Positions 9,193 to 19,413 of a stretch of 47,702 nucleotides of DNA are shown here, one piece after another. Position numbers and translations under genes: made by a program. How positions within the stretch are numbered: position 1 is the stretch's first letter; each line of letters opens with the position of its first letter. The notes beneath the pieces are model-generated. The model did not search any database. It saw only the letters and a list, made by a program, of their open reading frames with translations, and had not been told where the DNA came from. The stretch is from a virus. Taxonomy: Duplodnaviria; Caudoviricetes. The stretch lies in IMG/VR virus record IMGVR_UViG_3300020045_015253, positions 1 to 47,702 of that record; one strand, written 5' to 3'.

Positions 9193-12100
9193 ATGAAAAA
9201 GTTACTAAGTTTCCTTTTGTTTATACTCGTATCAACACAATTGTTTTCACAAACAGGGATAACAAATAGCTACTATATAAAAGCTATAAAAGCTATAGTA
9301 TTGCAAAACGATAGTATAATGTTTGATAGCCCAATAGAAGATGGGCAGATACTAGGTAGAGTAAATGGTAAATGGAAAAACATAGCTCCACAATCTGGTA
9401 GTATAGTTGAGGAAGCAGACCCAATATATTCTACTGATAGTGTTAAAATACTTAAATCAAATTCTACTTTTTCTGCTAATAAGATTATAAAAGCAACAGG
9501 TGTCGGTAGGCAAGTAAAAGTTATACCTAATTTTGGTACATTAGATGATTCTGGTACATTAACTGTAAATAATATAGTTAATAATGGATTTTTCAGTGTT
9601 AACCCTGGATTAACTAATGGTGGTTTTGATTTTAGTACAAATGGTTCTGGTGCAGTTAAATTTTATACTAATCCATCAAGTTCACCAACTGGTGGTTTAT
9701 ATATATACTCAGGTGGCGGTGGTAGTACTGATTTTTTTGTTGGACCTTCTTATGCTCAAATTTCAAGTCTAATAGGTTCTGGTAGTAGATTTGTATTGGC
9801 TGATGCAGATGGTAAACTTTCAGCAACAGTAGCAAACAATTCTACAAATTGGAATACAGCCTATAATTATAAAATTGATTCAATTAAAGTATCTGGTACC
9901 AATGAAAAAACAATTATATTATATTTAAAAAATGGCAGTACTATGGTTGAAACTTTTAATGATTTAGTTGATGATGCTGATGCTGATTCAATTAATGAAT
10001 TACAGGATTTATATTTACAAGGTAATTTATTATACTTAACAGGTAGTGATACTATTATAGATTTAAGTATTTTTGCAAATAATCCAAATTGGGATATAGC
10101 TTTTAATAAAAATATTGATTCGTTAAGTGTTATTGGTAATTTTAATAAAGAACTTAATTTATACACAAATGATGGAGATACAATCAAAGCAGAATTCACA
10201 GATTTAATAGGGGATACATTAATGCCTCCGCAAACTTTATTGTATTCTAATTTTATAACACAACAGTATGATTCTGGAAGAGATGCAAAAGTAATACTTG
10301 TTGAAGATATTACAACATATACTTTACAAAATGTACCAGATGGTGGTTCTGGACAAATATCATTAATACAGGATGCTTATGGTGGGCATGGGGTATTAGA
10401 ATTTGCACATCAAGGTTTGTATGTTCTTTATGCAGAAGTAGATACAACATTAGTAACTTTAAAACAAGATAAATTAAGAGGAGATGGTTTTGTTGTAGCA
10501 GATAATGCAGGAAATGTTACTTATGATAATACAGTATATCAACCATTGCTTACTAATCCAATAACTGGAACTGGTACAAATACTTACTTACCTTTGTGGA
10601 ATAGTACGTCTTCTATTGCAAATGCTTCTGTATTTCAAAGTAGTAATATATTAACATATAATGCAGCTTATACAATAAATCAACCAAGACAAATACCTGA
10701 TTATGGTACAATGACTGCTTATGTTGATGCAGCAACTGCTGGTGGAACAACTTACTTAGGAACATGGAATGCTTCTACAAATACGCCAACACTTTCCGAC
10801 GCAACAGGTGGTCAAGGAGATATGTATGCAGTGTCAGTAACAGGTACACAAAATTTAGGTAGTGGTAGTATTGTATGGACAGCGGGTGGTTTTGCAATAC
10901 ACAATGGAACAATATGGCAGTATAATGGAAATTCAAATGATGTAACAAGTGTAAATACTTATACAGGAACAGTTGCTTTATACCCTGAACTTTCTGGAAA
11001 CTTAATAAATATAAGAGGCAATGCTACTACAATAAACATAGCAAATGCAACCAATGTATTGGCTGCTTATAATGGTAGAGTAGCTTCTTTAACTACATTA
11101 GGTAATTCTGGAGCTGCTACATTTACTGGTAATGTTTTGAATATACCAAACTATACATTAACTGGACTAGGTTTTAGTGATGTAAATTATGCAAAATTAA
11201 ATGCTTTTAACACATATACTGCAAGTAATAGAATAAATGCAGCAAATGCAACTACTACAATTAATTCTACATCTGGAGTAGGTAGCTTAAGATTTGAATT
11301 TAATAGTAATTTTAATGGTGGTACTATAGCACAAGCAGATGGAAGAAACGATTTGTATGCAGGAGGAACTTCTTATGTATTTATGCAAAGTGAATTTAGA
11401 TTACAGAATAAATCAATACCTATAAACACGTTGGTTGGTACAATGTATTTTGATTCTGATGATAATACATTTAGAGGATACAATGGTACTTCTTGGGTTG
11501 ACCTTGGTTTAACTGGTGCTGGCTCTGGAACAGTTACAAGTGTTACCGCGGGTTTAGGTTTAACACAAACAGGAACAGCAACAATAAATCCTACTTTAAA
11601 TATAAATTCTCATGCAGGAATAGCAGGAAGTGTTGGTACAATTAATATAGGAGAAGATGCAATAGGTGTTAATTTAGGAACAACCTCTATTACTGCATTT
11701 AGAGGTGATTATGGTAATACAGCATATACTGATAGATTAAAATGGGATGGTAGTGTAGCTGGATTAACAGCATCAACTGGTAGAACATCATTAGGCGGCA
11801 CTACTATAGGACAAAATATATTTACATCAGCAAATCCATCTGCAATAAGATTTGGTATGGCAAATTCAGATAACACTTGGAGTTGGCTTAATGATGTTGA
11901 TTTTAGGAATGCTATAGGTGCTGGTACTGGAAATGGTAGCGTTACTTCTATATCGGCTGGTAATGGTATGAGTTTTAGTAATATTACTGAAACTGGTAGT
12001 ATTACACTTGGAAAACCAAGTTCTATTTTTTATGGAAGTACAGATTCTGTTGGAGTAGATAGTCACACGCACAATATAAGTATATATGGAACTCCTTCAA

Positions 12101-13431
12101 ATGGAGATGTAATGTCATATAGTTCTATTTATGGTTTTGCATGGGCTTCACCGGCTGGTGGTGGTGATATGTATTTAGCAAATACACAAACTGTAACAGG
12201 TTTGAAATCATTTAATAGTAGTATGTTTCGATTGAATGGTAGTACAAGTGGTTGGTCTATATTAAATGCGGCAGCAATAGCAGGAACAACAACTTTAACT
12301 TTGCAAGGTACAACTGGTACTATTTATAGTTCAGGTGGAACAGATATAACAGTTGCAGATGGTGGAACAGGTAGAAGTTCTAATGTAGCATATGCTTTAA
12401 TAACTGGTGGTACATCACCTACAAGTTCACAACAATCATTAGCAACTGGTAGTGCAGGTTCAATATTACAAAGCAATGGTTCAGGGGCATTACCGACATG
12501 GGTAACTGCAACTGGTTCAGGAGCTCCAGTAAAAGCTACTTCACCAACACTTGTTACACCTGTTTTGGGAGTGGCTTCTGCAACAAGTGTAACGATTTCA
12601 GATATAGTTGTAACAGACAAAACAACTATCGGAGATAATGCGCGTAATCAAACAATACTATCTGAACCTGTATTTACATTAGGTTACAAAGGAGTAACTA
12701 CCTATAAAAAAATATTTATGATACCTCCAAAAGGTGCTTCGATATTGGATGATTTATTTTTATATGGTACTATTAGTGGTTATGGTGATGACGATGGTAA
12801 GGGTAAATTTGAATTGCAGATTAATAATAGAAACAGTGATACACTGGTTGCAAAAGCTTCTTACATAGGTTCATTGATAAAAAATCAGGATATTGTTATT
12901 TACAGAGAAACAACTGGAGCAATGACTGTATATGCTAAATCTATATATTATACACTGCCGTGTGTTTTAAATGTTATGGGTACTTTTGAGATAGGTACTG
13001 TTCTTGGTACTGAATACCCTTTATATATAAATAGGACTTCAACAGAACAAACAACAACACCAACAGGAACACAGATATTCTCTTTGAAGGATTATATACA
13101 AAAAGTACCTGTTTTAACAGTAGTTGCAGGAAACACTATTTTAGATGCAAATAGGGGGCTTAATGCTGATATAGTTAATTTACCCTCTAATACAACTTTG
13201 CTCTTAAAAAACATATCTCCCAATATGACAGGGAACATCAAAGTAACATCAACAACTGCACATACATTAACATTTGCTGCAACTGGATATACTATAATGA
13301 TTTCACCATCTATAGTTAGTACTGGTGATTCAGTAACAGTAAGTGGTGCTGGTTTAAACAACCCTGATGTTTATAGTTACTGGGTTGCAGGAACAACAAT
13401 ATTTATTAATGGAACTAAAGGTTACTTATAA
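9193..13431 (+). CDS. Large mosaic tail fibre-like protein with N-terminal Sec signal peptide
   Basis: G/T/S/N-rich with fibre repeats (GTVTSVTAGxG, YLGTWNASTNTP, VADGGTG) and an internal duplicated NWxxAxNxxIDS unit; N-terminus MKKLLSFLLFILVSTQLFS|Q. Confidence 0.75.
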   Translation: MKKLLSFLLFILVSTQLFSQTGITNSYYIKAIKAIVLQNDSIMFDSPIEDGQILGRVNGKWKNIAPQSGSIVEEADPIYSTDSVKILKSNSTFSANKIIKATGVGRQVKVIPNFGTLDDSGTLTVNNIVNNGFFSVNPGLTNGGFDFSTNGSGAVKFYTNPSSSPTGGLYIYSGGGGSTDFFVGPSYAQISSLIGSGSRFVLADADGKLSATVANNSTNWNTAYNYKIDSIKVSGTNEKTIILYLKNGSTMVETFNDLVDDADADSINELQDLYLQGNLLYLTGSDTIIDLSIFANNPNWDIAFNKNIDSLSVIGNFNKELNLYTNDGDTIKAEFTDLIGDTLMPPQTLLYSNFITQQYDSGRDAKVILVEDITTYTLQNVPDGGSGQISLIQDAYGGHGVLEFAHQGLYVLYAEVDTTLVTLKQDKLRGDGFVVADNAGNVTYDNTVYQPLLTNPITGTGTNTYLPLWNSTSSIANASVFQSSNILTYNAAYTINQPRQIPDYGTMTAYVDAATAGGTTYLGTWNASTNTPTLSDATGGQGDMYAVSVTGTQNLGSGSIVWTAGGFAIHNGTIWQYNGNSNDVTSVNTYTGTVALYPELSGNLINIRGNATTINIANATNVLAAYNGRVASLTTLGNSGAATFTGNVLNIPNYTLTGLGFSDVNYAKLNAFNTYTASNRINAANATTTINSTSGVGSLRFEFNSNFNGGTIAQADGRNDLYAGGTSYVFMQSEFRLQNKSIPINTLVGTMYFDSDDNTFRGYNGTSWVDLGLTGAGSGTVTSVTAGLGLTQTGTATINPTLNINSHAGIAGSVGTINIGEDAIGVNLGTTSITAFRGDYGNTAYTDRLKWDGSVAGLTASTGRTSLGGTTIGQNIFTSANPSAIRFGMANSDNTWSWLNDVDFRNAIGAGTGNGSVTSISAGNGMSFSNITETGSITLGKPSSIFYGSTDSVGVDSHTHNISIYGTPSNGDVMSYSSIYGFAWASPAGGGDMYLANTQTVTGLKSFNSSMFRLNGSTSGWSILNAAAIAGTTTLTLQGTTGTIYSSGGTDITVADGGTGRSSNVAYALITGGTSPTSSQQSLATGSAGSILQSNGSGALPTWVTATGSGAPVKATSPTLVTPVLGVASATSVTISDIVVTDKTTIGDNARNQTILSEPVFTLGYKGVTTYKKIFMIPPKGASILDDLFLYGTISGYGDDDGKGKFELQINNRNSDTLVAKASYIGSLIKNQDIVIYRETTGAMTVYAKSIYYTLPCVLNVMGTFEIGTVLGTEYPLYINRTSTEQTTTPTGTQIFSLKDYIQKVPVLTVVAGNTILDANRGLNADIVNLPSNTTLLLKNISPNMTGNIKVTSTTAHTLTFAATGYTIMISPSIVSTGDSVTVSGAGLNNPDVYSYWVAGTTIFINGTKGYL

Positions 13432-13952
13432 TGAAAAAATTAATTTTATTTTTATTGCTTATACCATTTGCCTCTATAGGACAAGGTAATTTTTTTATGA
13501 CACATACTAATGTAACAGTAAAACCATGTGGTTCACCTATTACTTTTATAGGAGGAGAAAGTTATCCTACTGAAATATTAATAGATATTGGAACAGGTAC
13601 AGGTATAGTTACTTTTACATTTGATGCGGAAAGTAGACCAGATTATTTCAGGGTAGATTTTGAAGGTGTCAATGTTATAGATTTACCATTTAGAGGAAGT
13701 AATATTTATAATTATGGTGGTTCAAGCAGAACTGCCTTTACATCTACATTAACAGGAAGAACTGAACCTTTAGGAGATTATACTTATCCTAATTTTGTAT
13801 ATAATCCGCAGGATGGTTATCCTTTAGTAGATTCAAATTTATCAGGAACTAGAACATTCACAAAAACAACTTCAACACGTTATGTTACTGTAACAGTTTA
13901 TGCTCCAATGAGTTTTACTTCCTGGTCTGTAAATATGAGTTGTTTAAATTAA
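13431..13952 (+). CDS. Secreted beta-sandwich protein in the fibre module
   Basis: Signal peptide MKKLILFLLLIPFASIG|Q; a Cys near each end of the mature domain may form a disulfide. Confidence 0.7.
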   Translation: MKKLILFLLLIPFASIGQGNFFMTHTNVTVKPCGSPITFIGGESYPTEILIDIGTGTGIVTFTFDAESRPDYFRVDFEGVNVIDLPFRGSNIYNYGGSSRTAFTSTLTGRTEPLGDYTYPNFVYNPQDGYPLVDSNLSGTRTFTKTTSTRYVTVTVYAPMSFTSWSVNMSCLN

Positions 13953-13957
13953 AATAT

Positions 13958-13970
13958 TATATTTGTATAA
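13958..13970 (+). promoter_or_regulatory. Bacteroidota-type -7 promoter element TATATTTG
   Basis: Matches TAnnTTTG; the 13-mer tatatttgtataa is identical to the early promoter at 33431-33443 (minus strand). Confidence 0.5.
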
Positions 13971-13989
13971 ATCATTTAAAATTAAAAGT

Positions 13990-16900
13990 ATGAAAAAGTA
14001 TTTGTTTATCTGCCTTATTTTTTTTATAGCATTTTACAGTATAGGACAAAACCCACCTACTTCTGACAATATTAATTCAATTCCTAATGGACATACATTA
14101 GTGAATTACAAACGTATCGGAAATATTTTATATATTTCTTATGAGAAACATTTCTTTAACGAGGATTATCCTACTGATTATCCGGGAATTGAATACTATG
14201 TTTCAAGTAGTAACGGTAATGATAGCAATGATGGTTTAACACCTGAAACTGCTTTTGCTTCATTTACTCCTATAAATAATTTAACTATTTTACCTGGTGA
14301 TGCAATTCTACTTTATTCGCAAGATATATTTATAGGACAACTAACTGTTAATGGTTCAGGAAATGTAAGTTATCCAATTACAGTTGCTCCTTATGGCAAT
14401 AGTGACTTTCAACCAGCTATAATGGGTTCAGCGCCATTAACAAATTGGACACAACATAAAGCAGGTAGTAACATATACAGAACAAAATATACACCTACTA
14501 CACCGGAAACAGATATAACACAATTATTCTATAATAGTGAAAGAATGCAAGTTGCTCGTAATACAAATACAAGTTACAATAAAGTAACTTCCTTAACAAA
14601 TACAACTACATTTACTTCAACTGAATTAAATACAAGTATTAATTATGCAGGTTCTGTGGCAATAATGAGAGGTGGTACATACTATAGGTCATATAAAAGA
14701 AATGTAATTTCTTCATCAGGAAATACATTAACTATTGATGCAAATATAGCTATTTCAAATGACGCACTTGCTGCTAATCAATATTTTTTACTAATGAATG
14801 AGTTTGAATTCTTGGATGCTCCAGGAGAATTTTATTATAATCCAACAACTGATTCTGTTTACTTTTGGTCGCCGTATGGAACTGACCCTGATTTAGGAGA
14901 TGTACGTGGTTCTGTTTACACGAATGGAGTTTATTGTTTTGAAGATTATGTAAATATAGAAAATTTAAATATACACCAACAAAAAGAAACAGGAATTAAA
15001 CTACATGGAAGTTACTTAAATATTCGAAATAATAAAATTTCACATCAAGAGTTATTTGGAATATGGCAGGATGGAGGTTCTTCTGATTCCACTGTTGTTG
15101 TTGATGGTAATGAAATATATAAAGTAAACAGTCATGGTATTTTTATGTACACAGTGCCAAAATCTACTATAAGTAATAATTACATACACGATATATCATC
15201 GTTTGAGGATTGGGGTTTGGAAGGAACAGGACAGTATGATGCTGGTAATGGAATGTCTATAAGTTGTAGACAAAGTACAATAGAGTACAATGTTGTAGAT
15301 TATATAGGATATAACGGTATCTTTTGGCGTTACCCACAAACTATAAGATATAACCATGTAAAAACTGCATGTACAAGTAAAGGAGATGGTGGCGGTATTT
15401 ATTGCGGTTCAAATACAGTAGCAGGAACTACTATTACATATAATATTGTGGAAGATGTAGTTGGGAATAAAGAGGGAACAGTAAATTTAGTATTTGGATA
15501 TGGGGAAGGTATTTATATTGATGAAACTTCTTTGAGTGTGACGGTTGAAAATAACGCTGTGCGTGGAAGTGGAGCAAATGGAATCTTCTTACATAGACCT
15601 GCCGGAATGACAGTTCGTTATAATACTGTATTAGATAGTAGGAGAGCATTTCAGATAAAAGGTGGAATAAATAGTACACCTAACACTATTACTTATAATA
15701 AATTTATTACAGGAAGCTCAACAGATTTAGCAAGTCCTTATAGGCAGTTACTTACTGCAATCGGTTCAAGTTATAATAATGAAATTGTGTATGCTACTAT
15801 AAATAATAATACGTATTTACATCCATTTAACTCTACAAGTAATTTAGAGTTTGCAAATCAACCTATTGGTAGTGGAGAAACTTTTTATACTTTTTCAGGG
15901 TTTAAGGGTGTCACAGGATATGACTTGAACTCCACAGTAGATTCAACGGCATTAGGTGTAGGAGAAACACAATGGATTGTTAGTAATCCATCAAAGACAG
16001 CAAAACAGTTTTGGTTTGGCAATCATGCTTCTGCTATAAAGGATGAGAATGGAGCAATTATATCTGATGGGTTTGTAATTAATTCTTACGAACATAAATA
16101 TGTAGAAGGAGTTAACCCTGATTGTATTCAGAGTACATTAGATGAAACAGCTCCAGTTGTTACTGCTTTTGACATACCTACAACAGGAACTTCTTTTACT
16201 GTACCAATACTTGCTTACACTGGAGATAGCGATACTAAATTTTATAAAATTACCACTACTGCAACTGCACCTGCTACAACCTTATCTTTGTGGACAGATA
16301 TAAAACCAATTAAATCATTTACAGTAACTGGAGATAATGGTGAATTTATATTGTATGCGTGGGTAAGAGATGCTGCCGGTAATGTATCTGCATATAGCAG
16401 TGATACAATAACAATAACAACACCTTATCCAATAGCAACAGAAAATTTACTTGCTGTTTGGAAGATGGATGAAACAACTGGAGTTGCTGTTGAAGATTTA
16501 ATAAGTAATAATGATGGTCTTGCTTCAAATACAACTATTGTAGATGGTAAATTTACTAAAGCAAGAAGTTATAATGGAACAACATCTTACACAACATTTG
16601 CAACTCCTACAATAGCAAATACAGGAATGACAAGTGACTTCACAATACACGTATGGGCTAATATGAGTACATTTGCAGCATATAAAAGAATTTTAAATAT
16701 AAAACATAGCGCAGGAAATCATATTACATTATACACTGATGCAAGTAATGTTATAACAGCAGATGTTGATAAATCTGCAACGGTTTATGGTTTTAAAAAT
16801 ACTACTGTTACAGTAAGTACAGGCACATGGCATTTATACACAATTACATGGGATGCTTCTGAAAGTAATTTAGATTTTTACATAGATGGAGTAAATCAAA

Positions 16901-17079
16901 CAGTTGGTCTTTCAAATAATGCAACAGAAGCAACCGCCAACAATATGACCATTGGTGCTAAAACAGACAATACTTCACTTTCTAATTGCATAGTAGATGA
17001 AGTAGTTATTTCAACGGTATTCTCAACAGCAACGGATGTAGCAAATATGTATAACTCTGGAAATGGAGTAGAGTATTAA
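13990..17079 (+). CDS. Right-handed beta-helix (pectin-lyase fold) depolymerase-like protein with C-terminal LamG/ConA domain and signal peptide
   Basis: YYVSSSNGNDSNDGLTPETAF, PGEFYY and DGGGIY motifs, repeated beta-helix turns, LamG features (WHLYTITW, FYIDG, IGA, VDEV); start MKKYLFICLIFFIAFYSIG|Q. Confidence 0.8.
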   Translation: MKKYLFICLIFFIAFYSIGQNPPTSDNINSIPNGHTLVNYKRIGNILYISYEKHFFNEDYPTDYPGIEYYVSSSNGNDSNDGLTPETAFASFTPINNLTILPGDAILLYSQDIFIGQLTVNGSGNVSYPITVAPYGNSDFQPAIMGSAPLTNWTQHKAGSNIYRTKYTPTTPETDITQLFYNSERMQVARNTNTSYNKVTSLTNTTTFTSTELNTSINYAGSVAIMRGGTYYRSYKRNVISSSGNTLTIDANIAISNDALAANQYFLLMNEFEFLDAPGEFYYNPTTDSVYFWSPYGTDPDLGDVRGSVYTNGVYCFEDYVNIENLNIHQQKETGIKLHGSYLNIRNNKISHQELFGIWQDGGSSDSTVVVDGNEIYKVNSHGIFMYTVPKSTISNNYIHDISSFEDWGLEGTGQYDAGNGMSISCRQSTIEYNVVDYIGYNGIFWRYPQTIRYNHVKTACTSKGDGGGIYCGSNTVAGTTITYNIVEDVVGNKEGTVNLVFGYGEGIYIDETSLSVTVENNAVRGSGANGIFLHRPAGMTVRYNTVLDSRRAFQIKGGINSTPNTITYNKFITGSSTDLASPYRQLLTAIGSSYNNEIVYATINNNTYLHPFNSTSNLEFANQPIGSGETFYTFSGFKGVTGYDLNSTVDSTALGVGETQWIVSNPSKTAKQFWFGNHASAIKDENGAIISDGFVINSYEHKYVEGVNPDCIQSTLDETAPVVTAFDIPTTGTSFTVPILAYTGDSDTKFYKITTTATAPATTLSLWTDIKPIKSFTVTGDNGEFILYAWVRDAAGNVSAYSSDTITITTPYPIATENLLAVWKMDETTGVAVEDLISNNDGLASNTTIVDGKFTKARSYNGTTSYTTFATPTIANTGMTSDFTIHVWANMSTFAAYKRILNIKHSAGNHITLYTDASNVITADVDKSATVYGFKNTTVTVSTGTWHLYTITWDASESNLDFYIDGVNQTVGLSNNATEATANNMTIGAKTDNTSLSNCIVDEVVISTVFSTATDVANMYNSGNGVEY

Positions 17080-17115
17080 TTTTTAGTACAAACAAACCCT
17101 TTTTATAATAATAAA

Positions 17116-17583
17116 ATGACAACAAATGAATTTATTATGCAAATAAATACTAACTTTGAAAAAACAGTAGAATTTATTAAATATATTTTCTTTATTGCTA
17201 TAGGATATTTCTCTCCTATAAGTGATATTGTTCATTTAGTATTATTTTTCTTTTTTATTGATGTAATTTATGGCTGGAGAGCTTCAGTAAAATTAAATAA
17301 TGCAAAATTTCAGCCATCTATAGTATGGAAGAAAACAGTACCAAAGGTTATTTTATCACTAATGGCATTACTGCTTTCTTTTATGTTAGATGTTGAAGTT
17401 GGACAGAAATGGATTAGTACCTATAAAATAGTTGGCTGGTCAATAAGTGGTCTGCTATTTTTATCTATTCTTAAAAATGGTTTAATCGTTACTGGTTGGA
17501 GAGCGTTTAGTTCATTAAGTGAATCAATTAGAAAGAAAGTAAAAAAAGAAACAGGAATAACAATAAATGAGAATGATATATGA
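17116..17583 (+). CDS. Putative holin
   Basis: Several transmembrane segments, IDVIYG and SILKN motifs as in phage holin family 4, basic C-terminus, located at the end of the tail module. Confidence 0.7.
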   Translation: MTTNEFIMQINTNFEKTVEFIKYIFFIAIGYFSPISDIVHLVLFFFFIDVIYGWRASVKLNNAKFQPSIVWKKTVPKVILSLMALLLSFMLDVEVGQKWISTYKIVGWSISGLLFLSILKNGLIVTGWRAFSSLSESIRKKVKKETGITINENDI

Positions 17584-17816
17584 AAAATATAAAAGAGTTG
17601 TTGAAAAGCTTTGAAGGTAAGAAGCGTAATATAGGTATAATAGCAGTATGGGTTTTAAGAGTTGCTACATCAGCTTTTCCACAATTACTGCCCTTAGACC
17701 AACAAATGCTAATACGTGACGGCATAGACATCTTTCTGCTTGGCAGTACACTCGATGCTTTCCGTAGGACAGATAAAGGTCAGGAAATTATAAATAAGGC
17801 TTTAAAAATAAAGTAG
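17580..17816 (+). CDS. Small membrane protein (lysis-module position)
   Basis: GKKR followed by a hydrophobic segment; translationally coupled to the holin. Confidence 0.55.
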   Translation: MKNIKELLKSFEGKKRNIGIIAVWVLRVATSAFPQLLPLDQQMLIRDGIDIFLLGSTLDAFRRTDKGQEIINKALKIK

Positions 17817-17851
17817 AAATAGTTTTAGTTAAATTTTAAAAAAATAAAGTT

Positions 17852-18211
17852 ATGAATGAAGAAATTGGTATTGACAAAGTAAAAGCAGCGGTTAAGGTTG
17901 CATTGGACATTGTGCTTCAGTATAAGAAAGCAAAAGAAGATGATGGTAAGATTTCAACAATGGAATATCTTAGATTTATAGACGAACTTCTTGCAATAAT
18001 TAAAGTTGTTCCACATGGAAAAACAATCTTGCTACAATTGAAAGATTTGAATGATACTGAAACAGTTGAATTGGTGCAGTATATTGAATCGTTTGGAATA
18101 CTGAAAGAAAAAGCAGTTAATATTCTTATGAATGTTCTTACTACATTGGAAAATCTGTATGATATTTACAATGATAATATTGTACCGATTATAATAGCAT
18201 TAAAAAAGTAG
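17852..18211 (+). CDS. Hypothetical helical protein, last late gene
   Basis: ORF followed by a terminator. Confidence 0.65.
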   Translation: MNEEIGIDKVKAAVKVALDIVLQYKKAKEDDGKISTMEYLRFIDELLAIIKVVPHGKTILLQLKDLNDTETVELVQYIESFGILKEKAVNILMNVLTTLENLYDIYNDNIVPIIIALKK

Positions 18212-18238
18212 CATTTTTTTTTCTTTACTTTTAATTTT

Positions 18239-18272
18239 AAAGGCAGGGTTTTTTAATTTACCTGCCTTTTTT
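18239..18272. terminator. Intrinsic terminator at the convergence of late and early transcription
   Basis: AAAGGCAGG...CCTGCCTTT stem followed by a T run. Confidence 0.75.
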
Positions 18273-18279
18273 ATTTTCA

Positions 18280-18489
18280 TTAAATATTGTTTTTAAAACT
18301 TCTTATAAACTCCTTATCAATAGAAATTTTAATAGTACCTTCAATACCATTAACTTCGTAAACAAGTTTAGCATTTTGCGCTATAAACTCAAGTACTTCA
18401 TCTTGCGCTTCTGCTACAATAGAATCAATAGTTCTATTAGTTAATAGCCATAAACTTCTTAATTCATCTGGTGTTTTAAACTTTTCCAT
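18280..18489 (-). CDS. Hypothetical protein
   Basis: ORF track, 69 aa. Confidence 0.6.
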   Translation of the reverse strand: MEKFKTPDELRSLWLLTNRTIDSIVAEAQDEVLEFIAQNAKLVYEVNGIEGTIKISIDKEFIRSFKNNI

Positions 18490-18508
18490 ATTACTACAAT
18501 TTTAATTA

Positions 18509-18928
18509 TTAAACTTTATTTTTATTAATTTGCATAGATGAAATAACTCTACAATCATTCATTGATTTACTATCTATAATTAATAGTATAAAAAAGCAAA
18601 ATCCCTTTTTTATATTTTCTATTTTATTATGTACCCATCTCGAATCAATCATCTCAACATTGTAGAAATTATAACTATAATTATTTATATCAACTAATTC
18701 TACATAAGTACGTCTTTTATGTGCTTTAGATTCTGTACAAACCATAGGAACAACCATCATGTTTATACCCGAGTTTATTGCATCTAAAACAGAATCAAAA
18801 TATGGTAAACTTTTATTTTTATAAATAAATGTTATAGTACTTTTATTTTCACAATATTCATAAGTTTGTGTTTCAGTGTCTAATAAAACCTTGCCATATT
18901 TTTCATGTTCAACTACGATTTTTGCCAT
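18509..18928 (-). CDS. Hypothetical protein
   Basis: ATG at 18928 (MAKIVV) preferred over the upstream GTG. Confidence 0.55.
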   Translation of the reverse strand: MAKIVVEHEKYGKVLLDTETQTYEYCENKSTITFIYKNKSLPYFDSVLDAINSGINMMVVPMVCTESKAHKRRTYVELVDINNYSYNFYNVEMIDSRWVHNKIENIKKGFCFFILLIIDSKSMNDCRVISSMQINKNKV

Positions 18929-19068
18929 TTCAATATTATATATTTTTAAGGTTGAAATTTTGTCCCGTGGTTGCATCAGGCAATCCACAATTGATTATTT
19001 TTAATTTTGTAACATTTATATTATTAATATTAAAATAATTAAAATATGGAGTCCGAAACAATCCAAAA

Positions 19069-19413
19069 CTATTTTAAAATTGATTTAATTAATTCTTGAA
19101 ATTGTTGTATACTTCTTATAATAAAATAACCATCACAGTGTCCAATACTTTCAAATTCAAATTCAATTTGAGCATCAGATTGACTTCCTTTTATAGTCTT
19201 AAATTCAATTAAATAAAGTTTTTTATTCCAAAAGAAAAAAGTATCAGGAGCACCAGTTACTAATCCCATTGAACGTTTTTGAATTGTAGCAACCATACTT
19301 GCAGAATTATTATCTATTAAAATAAAATGTCTACGTGTTTTAGGATAAGTATTCCATAACCATAAAACACATCTTGATTGAAGTTTAGCTTCTTCTGCTG
19401 TACCTTGACTCAT
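19069..19413 (-). CDS. VRR-NUC domain nuclease (Holliday junction resolvase-like)
   Basis: E..LQ, GAPD, IEFKT and QSDAQ motifs. Confidence 0.85.
   Translation of the reverse strand: MSQGTAEEAKLQSRCVLWLWNTYPKTRRHFILIDNNSASMVATIQKRSMGLVTGAPDTFFFWNKKLYLIEFKTIKGSQSDAQIEFEFESIGHCDGYFIIRSIQQFQELIKSILK

Noticed and set aside
9193-17079. Diversity-generating retroelement or invertible fibre cassette
   Set aside because: No reverse transcriptase, template/variable repeat pair, or recombinase seen.
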